Assembly (NCBI GenBank): GCA_031401135.1
Contig: JANNRF010000125.1
Location: forward strand, 1 to 57,361
Source: Deltaproteobacteria bacterium
GTDB lineage: Bacteria > Myxococcota_A > UBA9160 > UBA6930
DNA length: 57,361 bases
Direction of reading: 5' to 3'
Shown piece by piece: positions 29,791-38,165 of the stretch. The position numbers and the translations under genes were made by a program. How positions within the stretch are numbered: position 1 is the first letter of the stretch; each line of letters starts with the position of its first letter. The notes beneath the pieces are model-generated. The model had not been told where the DNA came from. It made no database searches and saw only the letters and a program-made list of their open reading frames with translations.

Positions 29791-29813
29791 CGCGGCCGGG
29801 ATCACCACGCGGC
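29780..29813 (+). repeat. Perfect tandem duplication (2 x 17 bp) of the tRNA-Arg 3' end
   Basis: CGGGATCACCACGCGGC at 29780-29796 is repeated exactly at 29797-29813. The first copy contains the last 11 nt of the tRNA, including CCA. Confidence 0.95.
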
Positions 29814-29830
29814 GCCGCGGAGTTGTTACG

Positions 29831-32140
29831 TCAGGCCAGCCGCCCGTCCGCCATCGCGGCGCCCACTTCGTCCTCGCTCATCCCGCACAGCTCCGTTAGC
29901 ACTTCGAGGTTGTGCTCGCCGACGAATGCGGGCGCGCAGCGGTAGGGTTCGAGCACGGCCGCGCCGAACAGCGCGGGGAAGCGCTCGAACGGGCGCTCGC
30001 CGAACACAGGCGACGCGAGCGCCCCGAAGAAGTTGCGCGCTGCTAGCTGCTCGTCGTCGCTGAACATGTGATGCGCGTTCTGCACGCGACCCGCGGGCAC
30101 GCCGGCGCGTTGCAGCGCGGCCATCGCTTCGGCGCCCGTGCGCGCGGCGCACCACGCGGCGAGCGCGTCGCTGCCGCCGCCCGTCGCGCGCGCAAGCGCA
30201 GCCGCATCCGCGGCGTCGCGCAGCGTCACCGCGAGCTCGCCGTCGCTTGTTATGAACACGTCGTTCACGAGGAACGCCGCGTACGGGTCGGCGTTGCCCG
30301 TCGCCTCCGCAACGCGCTCGTTCGAGAGCACGTCCATTACGGCCGCGCCCACCATGTAGGCGCCTACCTCGAGCTGCGCGATGTCCACAAGCTGGCCCTC
30401 GCCGGTGCGCTCGCGCGCCTCGAGCGCGGCCAGCACGCTGAGCGCCGCGAGGCCGCCCGCGGCCATGTCGTTCAGCGCGTAGCCGACGCCCACGTCGTAG
30501 CGCCCCGGCGGGTTCGACAGAGCTGTTAGGCCACACAGCGCTTGCACCGTTGGCCCGTACGAGACCACCGAGTTCCACGGCCCCTCGTGCCCGCAGCCCG
30601 ACATCGTCACGTAGACGAGGCGCGGGTTCCACGCGCGCAGCGTCTCCCAGCCGAGGCCCCAGCGCGCGAGCACGCCGGCGGCGTAGTTCTCGATCACGAC
30701 GTCGGCGCGCTCGACCAGGCGCCGCATGATCTCGAGCGCGCCGGGCGCCTTCATGTCGATCGCGACGGAGCGCTTCGAGCGGTTGAAGGAGGCGAAGAAG
30801 CCCGACGCGGGGTCGTTGACGCTGGTGGCGCGGCTCTGGGTCTGGAGCTTTACGACGTCGGCGCCGAGATCGCCCAGCATGCGGCACGCGAATGGGCCGG
30901 CGAGCACCCAGCTGAAGTCGAGCACGCGTAGTCCTGCGAGCGGGCGCGCCTGCGGCGCTGCGTCACTCTTTCCCCGGGCGTCGCTTGTTACGGCTTCTCG
31001 CGGCGTCCACTCTGCGAGCACTTCCTCGAGAGCCCCGCGCACGGGCGCAGCCGGCGGCGGCGCGGGTGTCGCGCCGAACACGATCGGGAAGCGGCCGCGC
31101 CGGACCGCTGGCACCTCAGGCGTCGCCACGAACGCACCGCGGAAGGCGAGCTGCTCGTTCGCCTCGAGGTCGCGCACCGTCTGCACGTGGCCCCAGGCGA
31201 GGTGCCGCTTCTGCGCCTCGCGGAACAGCCAAGCCGCGTCGTGCCGCAGCGCGAACTGCGCAGCCAGCGCGACCAGCGCCGGCAGGTGCAGCAGCGTGAC
31301 CGTCTCGCCCGGCGGCAGAAGTTCCTTCGCGCCGGGCACCTCCTCTTCGATCAGCCACTGGTGCAGCGCCGCCGGCGCGGGAGTCGGCGTGATCATGCAC
31401 GCGCCGGTTTTCGCCGGCAGCACGAGATAGCCGCGCGACCAGTGCAGGCTGCCTTGGCGCGGCGCGATCTTCGCGAAGCCGGGCTGCAAATCTGAATAAT
31501 GAAACTGGAACCACGGCTGCTCGATGCTCGCCGCCACCGCTTCCTGCGCCGACACGTCGACGAGTTGCCCGCGTCCCGTCGCGCGCGCCGTGCGCACACA
31601 CGCGAGGCCCGCGATCGCCGCCGCGATCGCGGCCGCGGCGAAACTCTGGCGGCCCCACGGAACGATCGCCTGCTCGGGCGTGCCGCAGATCGAGAGCACG
31701 CCGCTCATCGCCGCGCTGACGAGATCGCTCGCGAGCCAGCCCGCGCGCGGCCCCGTGCACCCAAACGGCGTGAGGCTCACTTGCACGAGGCGCGGGTTCG
31801 CGGGCGCGAGATCTGTGTGATCGAGGCCGAGCGCTGCGAGGCGACCCGGTGCGCACGATTCGAGGATCAGATCCGCGCCGCGCGCGAGGCTGCGGTACGC
31901 GCTCGCGCCCTCGGCCGTCTCGAGGCGCAGCGGCAGTAGCCGTTTGCCCGCCTCGTACCACCAATCGAGCAGCGCGCCGCGCGCCGCGGCCTCGGGTGCG
32001 CGCATCGCCGGCCCGTGCGTGATGCCTGTGCCGTCGTGGACGCGCACGACTGTCGCGCCCATCTCGGCGAGCAGCTTGGTCGCGAAACGCCCGAGGTCGT
32101 CAGTCAGGTCGATGACGCGCAAACCCTGCAGCGGCCCCAT
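29831..32140 (-). CDS. Tandem-fused family III CoA-transferase (two CaiB/BaiF-type domains in one 769-aa chain)
   Basis: ATG at 32140 with SD GAGGAGA. N-half begins MGPLQGLRVIDLTDDLGRFATKLLAEMGATVVRV. The second half begins about residue 395 with LAGLRVLDFSWVLAGPFACRMLGDLGADVVKL. No stop lies between the halves. Confidence 0.85.
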   Translation of the reverse strand: MGPLQGLRVIDLTDDLGRFATKLLAEMGATVVRVHDGTGITHGPAMRAPEAAARGALLDWWYEAGKRLLPLRLETAEGASAYRSLARGADLILESCAPGRLAALGLDHTDLAPANPRLVQVSLTPFGCTGPRAGWLASDLVSAAMSGVLSICGTPEQAIVPWGRQSFAAAAIAAAIAGLACVRTARATGRGQLVDVSAQEAVAASIEQPWFQFHYSDLQPGFAKIAPRQGSLHWSRGYLVLPAKTGACMITPTPAPAALHQWLIEEEVPGAKELLPPGETVTLLHLPALVALAAQFALRHDAAWLFREAQKRHLAWGHVQTVRDLEANEQLAFRGAFVATPEVPAVRRGRFPIVFGATPAPPPAAPVRGALEEVLAEWTPREAVTSDARGKSDAAPQARPLAGLRVLDFSWVLAGPFACRMLGDLGADVVKLQTQSRATSVNDPASGFFASFNRSKRSVAIDMKAPGALEIMRRLVERADVVIENYAAGVLARWGLGWETLRAWNPRLVYVTMSGCGHEGPWNSVVSYGPTVQALCGLTALSNPPGRYDVGVGYALNDMAAGGLAALSVLAALEARERTGEGQLVDIAQLEVGAYMVGAAVMDVLSNERVAEATGNADPYAAFLVNDVFITSDGELAVTLRDAADAAALARATGGGSDALAAWCAARTGAEAMAALQRAGVPAGRVQNAHHMFSDDEQLAARNFFGALASPVFGERPFERFPALFGAAVLEPYRCAPAFVGEHNLEVLTELCGMSEDEVGAAMADGRLA

Positions 32141-32334
32141 GCGATGTGGTCTCCTCGAACGAAACAGAGGCGCGGTTCTAGCGCAGTGCGCGGCGCCTGC
32201 GTCCGTCGCCCCCTGTTTGTTACGGCCGCGCTGCCGGCCGGAATCTCCCAGCGAGGCCGAGCCCCGTTGCGCGGGTCTGCTGCGCGTGCTGATGTTCTTG
32301 CGATCGGCGGCGATCCGTCGCAAGGAGAAACCCG

Positions 32335-33465
32335 GTGCAGTTCAGCTTCACGGACGAGCAGGACGAGTTTCGGCGCGTCCTGCGCCGCTTCTTGCACGAC
32401 AAGTCGCCGCCGGCGGAAGTGAGGCGGCTGATGGAGACGGAAACTGGCTGGGAGCCGGGACTCTGGAAGGAGCTGACGCAGACGCTGGGGCTTGCGGGCC
32501 TGCACGTGCCCGAGGAGTACGGCGGGCAGGGCTTCGGTTTCGTCGAACTCGGGATCGCGCTCGAAGAAACCGGCCGCGTGCTGCTGTGCGCGCCGTATTT
32601 CGCGTCGGCCGTGCTCGCGACGAGCGCAATCATGAACGCCGCCAGTCACGCGCAGAAACTGGCGCTGCTGCCGGGCCTCGCCGCGGGCGACTCGATTGCA
32701 ACGCTCGCGTTCGCAGAGCCGAATGGCCGTTGGGACAGCACGGGCATCGAGCTCACGGCGACGCCCGCGGGCGGCGCGTTTCGCCTCGACGGCGTGAAGA
32801 GCTTCGTGCTCGACGGGCAGCGCGCCGACCTGATCGTGGTAGCAGCGCGCTCGAAGGGCTCGACGGGTGACGACGGCATCTCGTTCTTCACGCTCGCCGG
32901 CGATTCACCCGGCCTCGAGCGCCGCGGCTTGTCGACGCTCGACGCCACTCGCAAGCTGGCGCATCTCGAGTTCAGCGGCGCGCGCGCGGACCTAATAGGC
33001 GAACCCGGCGGCGGCGCGTTCGCGCTCGCGCGCACGCTCGACGCGGCCGCGATCGCGCTCGCAAGCGAGATGGTCGGCGGCGCAGAGCGCGTGCTGGAAA
33101 CGGCCGTCGAGTACGCCAAGACGCGCATGCAGTTCGGCCGCCCGATCGGCTCGTTCCAGGCCATCAAACACAAGTGCGCGGAGCTCGTGCTCGAGGTCGA
33201 GCACGCGAAGTCTGCGGCCTACGCCGCGGCCTCGGCGGCGGCAGAGAATGCGGAGGATCTCCCGGCGCTGGCCTCGCTCGCCAAGGCCTGCGCATCCGAC
33301 GCCTATCTGCGCGCGGCGACCGACAGCATTCAAATCCACGGCGGCGTCGGCTTCACCTGGGAGAACGACTGCCACCTCTACTTCAAGCGCGCGAAGAGCA
33401 GCGAGGCGTTTCTCGGGCTGCCCAGCGAACACCGCGAGCGCTTCCTTCAGCGCAGCGGGATCTGA
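32335..33465 (+). CDS. Acyl-CoA dehydrogenase family protein
   Basis: GTG after SD AAGGAG. MQFSFTDEQDEFRRVLRRFL..., VPEEYGGQGFGFVELGIALEE and IQIHGGVGFTWE motifs. Confidence 0.88.
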   Translation: MQFSFTDEQDEFRRVLRRFLHDKSPPAEVRRLMETETGWEPGLWKELTQTLGLAGLHVPEEYGGQGFGFVELGIALEETGRVLLCAPYFASAVLATSAIMNAASHAQKLALLPGLAAGDSIATLAFAEPNGRWDSTGIELTATPAGGAFRLDGVKSFVLDGQRADLIVVAARSKGSTGDDGISFFTLAGDSPGLERRGLSTLDATRKLAHLEFSGARADLIGEPGGGAFALARTLDAAAIALASEMVGGAERVLETAVEYAKTRMQFGRPIGSFQAIKHKCAELVLEVEHAKSAAYAAASAAAENAEDLPALASLAKACASDAYLRAATDSIQIHGGVGFTWENDCHLYFKRAKSSEAFLGLPSEHRERFLQRSGI

Positions 33466-33476
33466 GGAGTGATGCG

Positions 33477-34736
33477 ATGAGTGCGATTACGGAAGAGGAC
33501 GTTCGCAGCGAGGCCGGCGCGTGGCTCGCGAGCCACTGGAGCCCCGAGCTCGCGCTAAGCGAGTGGCGCAGGCGCCTCGCCGATTCGGGTTGGGGTTGCC
33601 CGAGTTGGCCCGTCGAGTGGCATGGCCGCGGGCTCTCGCTCGCCCTGGGCGACGTCGTTCAGCACGAGTTCAATCGCGTGGGCGCGCTGGGGATTCCGCA
33701 GGGCCCGGGCCCGACGCTCGCGGGCGCAACGCTGCTCGAGTACGCATCGGACGAGCAGAAGCGGCGCTTCCTGCGACCGATTATTACGGGCGAAGACACC
33801 TGGTGTCAGCTCTTCAGCGAGCCCGGCAGCGGCTCCGATCTCGCGGGCCTCACTACGCGCGCCGACCTCGACGACGACGGCGAGTTTGTGGTCAACGGCC
33901 AAAAGGTCTGGACGACCAGCGCGCATCACGCGCGTTATGGAATGCTGCTCGCGCGCTCCAACTGGGACGTGCCGAAACACCGAGGCATTACGTACTTCGT
34001 GATCGACATGCACCAGCCCGGCGTGGTGGTGCGCCCGCTGCGGCAGATGAACGGGCACGCATCCTTCAACGAGGTGTTCTTCACGAACGCGCGCGTCTCG
34101 AGCGCGAACGTGATCGGCGGCGTCGGCAACGGCTGGGCCGTCGCGCTGGCAACGCTCGCTCACGAGCGGCGCATGAACGATGTCCGGCGCGGGGCAGGGC
34201 CTGCGGCTACCGCTCGCGGGCGCGTCTACGACGAGTACCGCGCGGAGACCGCCTCGGTGATGGAGCCCTACAAGTGGTACCCGCAGCGTGCGGGCCGGCT
34301 CGATCTGGTGGTGGAGCGAGCGCAGGCGACCGGACGCGATCGCGATCCGGTCGTGCGGCAAGCGATCGCGAAGCTGCTGATCCTGGCTCGCACCGCTGAG
34401 TGGACCGCGCGGCGCGCGCGCGCGGCGCGCCTGTTAGGGCGCCCGCCCGGGCCCGAGGGTTCGCTCGGCAAGCTCGCGGCCAGTCACATTGCGCGGGCGT
34501 GCGCGGAAGTGCACACGCTGATTACGGGCGCCGCGGCGATGCTCGCCCGCGCGGATGCGCCGCTCGATGGCGTGATCGCCGAGGTGCTGATCTCGGTGCC
34601 GGCGGTCTCGATCGCGGGCGGTACGGATGAGATCCAACGCAACATCATCGGCGAGCGCGTGCTCGGCCTGCCGCGAGAGCCCGCCGAGGACGTCGGAAAG
34701 CCGTTTCGAGACGTGCCCAAGAATCTGGCGGGTTGA
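33477..34736 (+). CDS. Acyl-CoA dehydrogenase family protein (second, adjacent paralog)
   Basis: ATG at 33477 after SD GAGGAG, 11 nt after the previous stop. CQLFSEPGSGSDLAGLTTRA, VVNGQKVWTTSAHHA and GGTDEIQRNIIGERVLGLP motifs. Confidence 0.88.
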   Translation: MSAITEEDVRSEAGAWLASHWSPELALSEWRRRLADSGWGCPSWPVEWHGRGLSLALGDVVQHEFNRVGALGIPQGPGPTLAGATLLEYASDEQKRRFLRPIITGEDTWCQLFSEPGSGSDLAGLTTRADLDDDGEFVVNGQKVWTTSAHHARYGMLLARSNWDVPKHRGITYFVIDMHQPGVVVRPLRQMNGHASFNEVFFTNARVSSANVIGGVGNGWAVALATLAHERRMNDVRRGAGPAATARGRVYDEYRAETASVMEPYKWYPQRAGRLDLVVERAQATGRDRDPVVRQAIAKLLILARTAEWTARRARAARLLGRPPGPEGSLGKLAASHIARACAEVHTLITGAAAMLARADAPLDGVIAEVLISVPAVSIAGGTDEIQRNIIGERVLGLPREPAEDVGKPFRDVPKNLAG

Positions 34737-34775
34737 GCAGCGTCAGCGCCTGCCCGGGTGCCGCCGTGTGCCCGC

Positions 34776-35858
34776 CTAATAAAGCTTCACGATCGTGCGG
34801 CCCACGCTTTCGCGATTCGCCATCGCCTCGATCGCGGCGGGGATCTCCTCGAACTCGACAACCTTCCCGATCACGGGCTTCAGCTTCTTCGCGATCACGC
34901 CCTCTACGACTTCGCGCATGATCTTCGCGCCCAGGGAGTTCGGCACGAAGTTCCAGCCCATGCCGCGCTTCAGCATCTTCGTCGCGGATTCAGGCGCGTA
35001 CGCGAGCAGCACGCCGCAGAGTTTCAAGTTGCCGGCCATCAGGCGGCGCGGCACCAGGAACTTCTCGTCGGCCACCAGCTTGTTGGAGGCGAAGCCCATC
35101 ATCAGGTAGCGGCCGTTGTACGCGATGCAGTCGAGCGATTTCGCCATCACCGCTTCGCCGACGTTGTCGAACACCACGTCGACGCCGCGGTTGCCGGTCT
35201 CGTCCATCACGATTTGCGCGAAGTCGCTCTCGTTGTAATTGATCGCGACCTCGGCGCCGAGCTCGCGGCAGAGCTTCAGCTTCGCCTCGGAGCCCGCGGT
35301 GGCGAACACGCGCGCGCCGGCGTTCACGGCGAGCTGGATCGCGGCCGAGCCCGAGCCGCCTGCCGCGGCGTGGATCAGAACGCTCTCGCCGGCTGTTAGG
35401 CCCGCGCGGTCGAACAGGCCGAGCCACGCCAGGTGGAATGGGAAGTAGAGCGCCGCAACATCGGGCAACGGAATCGCGGCTGGCATCTCGAAGGCCGAGA
35501 CCCCCGTGCAGACGGCGTACTCGGCGAAGCCGCCGATCGCGCCCTTCGGCATCGCGACGACGCGCTTGCCGAGCCATGCCTCGGCGCCCGCGCCGCACGC
35601 CGCAACGACGCCCATCACCTCCATGCCGGGGCTGTAGGGCAGTTCGTGGCGCACCATCATGTTGCCGCCGGTGATGCGCTCGAGGTCGTTCAGGTTGAGC
35701 GGGATCGCCTGCACGCGAACTAATAACTCGCCGGGCCCGGGCGCGGGGATCGGCACGCTGTCGAGCCGGAGCGCTTCGCGCGGGGCGCCGTAGCGGTGCG
35801 TCCGCCAAGCGCGCATGGCCGTCGGAAGGGTCGAGATCGGATCGGTCATGGCATCCAC
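34776..35858 (-). CDS. NADPH:quinone oxidoreductase-like MDR (zinc-type alcohol dehydrogenase superfamily)
   Basis: ELLVRVQAIPLNLNDL, SVLIHAAAGGSGSAAIQLAVNAGARVFATAGS and C-terminal GRTIVKLY. Start is GTG at 35858 or ATG at 35849. Confidence 0.85.
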   Translation of the reverse strand: MDAMTDPISTLPTAMRAWRTHRYGAPREALRLDSVPIPAPGPGELLVRVQAIPLNLNDLERITGGNMMVRHELPYSPGMEVMGVVAACGAGAEAWLGKRVVAMPKGAIGGFAEYAVCTGVSAFEMPAAIPLPDVAALYFPFHLAWLGLFDRAGLTAGESVLIHAAAGGSGSAAIQLAVNAGARVFATAGSEAKLKLCRELGAEVAINYNESDFAQIVMDETGNRGVDVVFDNVGEAVMAKSLDCIAYNGRYLMMGFASNKLVADEKFLVPRRLMAGNLKLCGVLLAYAPESATKMLKRGMGWNFVPNSLGAKIMREVVEGVIAKKLKPVIGKVVEFEEIPAAIEAMANRESVGRTIVKLY

Positions 35859-35958
35859 CCGGCGCCTGTTTACTCCACTTTCGCGAGCCGCCCGGCGAAA
35901 TCTGGGAATGAACGCGGCATCCTCGCTCGGCGCCTACAACTGGCGCGCGGAGGCAGCG

Positions 35959-36501
35959 ATGCAAACTGGCGTGACGAACCGGCGGAGTTTCTTGCAGCGG
36001 GCGGCGGCGCTCGGAGCGATCGCCTGGGCCACGCTCGCGGGTGCGAGCGCGGCGCGCGGCGACACGCCGGCAGCCAGTAACAACCCCACTGCAGCGGCTC
36101 CGCCAGCCAGTTCGAGGCTGGCCGAGTTCGGCTTCACCAAGCTGCTGGTTGCAGATCTCAATCGCAGCGCCGCCTTCTACGAGGCGGTCTGCGGCCTCGT
36201 GCAGTCGGCGCGCATCGACGGGGTGATCGGAGGGCGCAAGATCACCGAGATCGTGTATCCGCCGGCGGCGCCGGGTGGCGCGATGTTCGTGTTGCTGACC
36301 TACCACGGCACCGTGAAGCCCGCGGCGGATGAAGTCATGGTCGGCTTCAACACCACGGACATCGATGCATTTTTGGTTCGCGCGCGTGTTGCCGGCGGAA
36401 CCGTGTTCGAGGGGCCGCGCACGCTTGCGGAAATGAAGCTGCGCGTGGCGTTCGTGAAGGACCTCGAGGGGCACATCATCGAAGTGCTGCAGGCGATCTG
36501 A
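35959..36501 (+). CDS. VOC (glyoxalase/bleomycin-resistance/dioxygenase) family protein with a Tat signal peptide
   Basis: ATG at 35959 after GGAGG. Twin-arginine motif NRRSFLQRAAALGA...ASAARG. VOC-like core FTKLLVADLNRSAAFYEAVCGL...VAFVKDLEGHIIEVLQ. Confidence 0.7.
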   Translation: MQTGVTNRRSFLQRAAALGAIAWATLAGASAARGDTPAASNNPTAAAPPASSRLAEFGFTKLLVADLNRSAAFYEAVCGLVQSARIDGVIGGRKITEIVYPPAAPGGAMFVLLTYHGTVKPAADEVMVGFNTTDIDAFLVRARVAGGTVFEGPRTLAEMKLRVAFVKDLEGHIIEVLQAI

Positions 36502-37090
36502 CGGCGTCGCTCGGCTGCACGTAGCCGGCGATCTGCTCACGCCAGACGCGATAGCCCGGACCCATTAGGTGCAGCTCGTCGTTCGAGAGATCGTCGCGGA
36601 TCGAGCCGTCGCGCGCGTCGAGGAAGTGTGGGTAGAGGTCCACGAACGTTGCGCCGCCGCCCTGCGCGATCTCGCGGAGGCGTGCGTTCAGCGATTCGAT
36701 GCGCGCGCGGTACTTGGCCGCGCGCGGCAGCACGCTCTGCACGAACAGCTGCGCTTCGGGTGAGGCTCCGCGAAGGCGAGTGATTATCACGGCGACGTTC
36801 TCGGCAATTTGCGTTTCGGGAACGCCGGCAAACAAATCGTTGGTGCCGATCAGCAGGAAGACCTGCGCGGGGCGCCGTTCGGAGACTTGATGGAGGCGCG
36901 CGAGCACGCCTGCGGTGGTGTCGCCGCCGATGCCTCGGTTCCGCGCGCGAGCGCCGGGGAAGACTTCTTCCCAGCGCCCGCCTTCGGTGATGCTGTCGCC
37001 GAGAAAGACGACGTCGCCGGGGTCGATCGCGAAGGCCTCGAAGTGCGACACGCGCTGTGCGTGTGCGGGCGTAATGAAAAGGGCGATCAC
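36476..37090 (-). CDS. SGNH/GDSL hydrolase (5' region apparently frameshifted; see findings)
   Basis: Block I VVFLGDSITEGG, block III GTNDL, C-terminal DELHLMGPGY (block V DxxH). A strong SD plus ATG at 37184 opens a different frame encoding a signal-like MLRKAFIALSVAANLIVIAAIAW. Confidence 0.65.
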   Translation of the reverse strand: MIALFITPAHAQRVSHFEAFAIDPGDVVFLGDSITEGGRWEEVFPGARARNRGIGGDTTAGVLARLHQVSERRPAQVFLLIGTNDLFAGVPETQIAENVAVIITRLRGASPEAQLFVQSVLPRAAKYRARIESLNARLREIAQGGGATFVDLYPHFLDARDGSIRDDLSNDELHLMGPGYRVWREQIAGYVQPSDAVRSPAALR

Positions 37091-37288
37091 GAAGCGCGTG
37101 CCGCCACCGAAGAAGCCACGCGATCGCGGCGATCACGATCAAGTTCGCAGCGACCGACAGCGCGATAAAGGCCTTTCGCAGCATCCCGCGTCTCCTCAGT
37201 GAGTTCAGCGCACCATACGCCGCGTGCCGGTCCAGCTGCTGGTCATCTGCGCTACGAACCCGCAGAGGCGAAAACCGGGAGAAGTTCC

Positions 37289-38140
37289 GTGGCCGATTCG
37301 GTGGAAGTCTTTCGCGGCGGTGTCGCCGTAATCACTGGCGCGGGTAGCGGCATCGGCGAGGGCCTCGCGCGCAGCGCCGCCAACGCGGGTGCATTGGTGG
37401 TGCTCGCAGACATCGCGCTCGATCACGCCGAGCGCGTGGCCAACGAGATCCGCGCGGCGGGCGGCAGCGCGCACGCGCTGCACGTGGACACCGGGGATGC
37501 CGCGTCGCTCGACCGGCTCGCGGCCGAAGTGCACGCGCGCTTCGGCGATGTGCGCCTGCTCGTGAACAACGCGGGCATCGAGACGATCGGCCTCGCCTGG
37601 GAACTCAGCGCGGCAGCGTGGGAGCGCATCGTGCGCATCAACGTGCTCGGCCCGATTCACGGCGTGCGCGCCTTCGCGCCGCGCATGCTCGCGGCGAAGC
37701 AGCGCGCGTTCATCGCGAACACGGCGTCGGTGGGCGCGTTCGGCATGATGCCGGTGCAGAACCCGTACGTGATGAGCAAGCACGCGGTGCTCTCGTTCAC
37801 CGAGGGGCTGCGCATGGAGATGGAGCTCGTGGGCGCGCCCGTTTCGGTGTCGGTGATTACGCCGGGTCCGGTCGCGACGCGCATTTTTCTCGACGCGGAG
37901 CTGGCAGGCGAGGGTGCTGCCCAGCATCAGGCGAAGATGCAGGCGATGGTCGGCGCGGGCATTACGGGCCTCGAAGCTGGGCGGCGGATTCTGGCGGGCA
38001 TCGCGGCGGGAGAGTTCTGGGTCTCGACGCACCCCGAGATGACCTCGGGCATGGCGGGCGCACGTGCGGAGCACCTCGCGAAGCTCGCGACGCCGGCACT
38101 CACGCCAGGGCTGCGCGCGCTGCTCGGCCCCAACAAGTGA
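37289..38140 (+). CDS. Short-chain dehydrogenase/reductase (SDR)
   Basis: GTG at 37289 after GGGAGA. Alternative GTG at 37199. VAVITGAGSGIGEGLA, NNAGI and YVMSKHAV (YxxxK) motifs. Confidence 0.82.
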   Translation: MADSVEVFRGGVAVITGAGSGIGEGLARSAANAGALVVLADIALDHAERVANEIRAAGGSAHALHVDTGDAASLDRLAAEVHARFGDVRLLVNNAGIETIGLAWELSAAAWERIVRINVLGPIHGVRAFAPRMLAAKQRAFIANTASVGAFGMMPVQNPYVMSKHAVLSFTEGLRMEMELVGAPVSVSVITPGPVATRIFLDAELAGEGAAQHQAKMQAMVGAGITGLEAGRRILAGIAAGEFWVSTHPEMTSGMAGARAEHLAKLATPALTPGLRALLGPNK

Positions 38141-38165
38141 GCGAAAGCGGCGAGGGAAAGCGGAG

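Noticed and set aside
28000-30500. Replication terminus/dif site suggested by the apparent strand switch of the 8-mer CCTAACAG and the change from all-plus to mixed gene orientation
   Set aside because: No AT-rich XerCD-type 28-mer is visible anywhere in the window. The motif orientation follows the coding strand in 7 of 8 cases, so gene orientation explains the switch.
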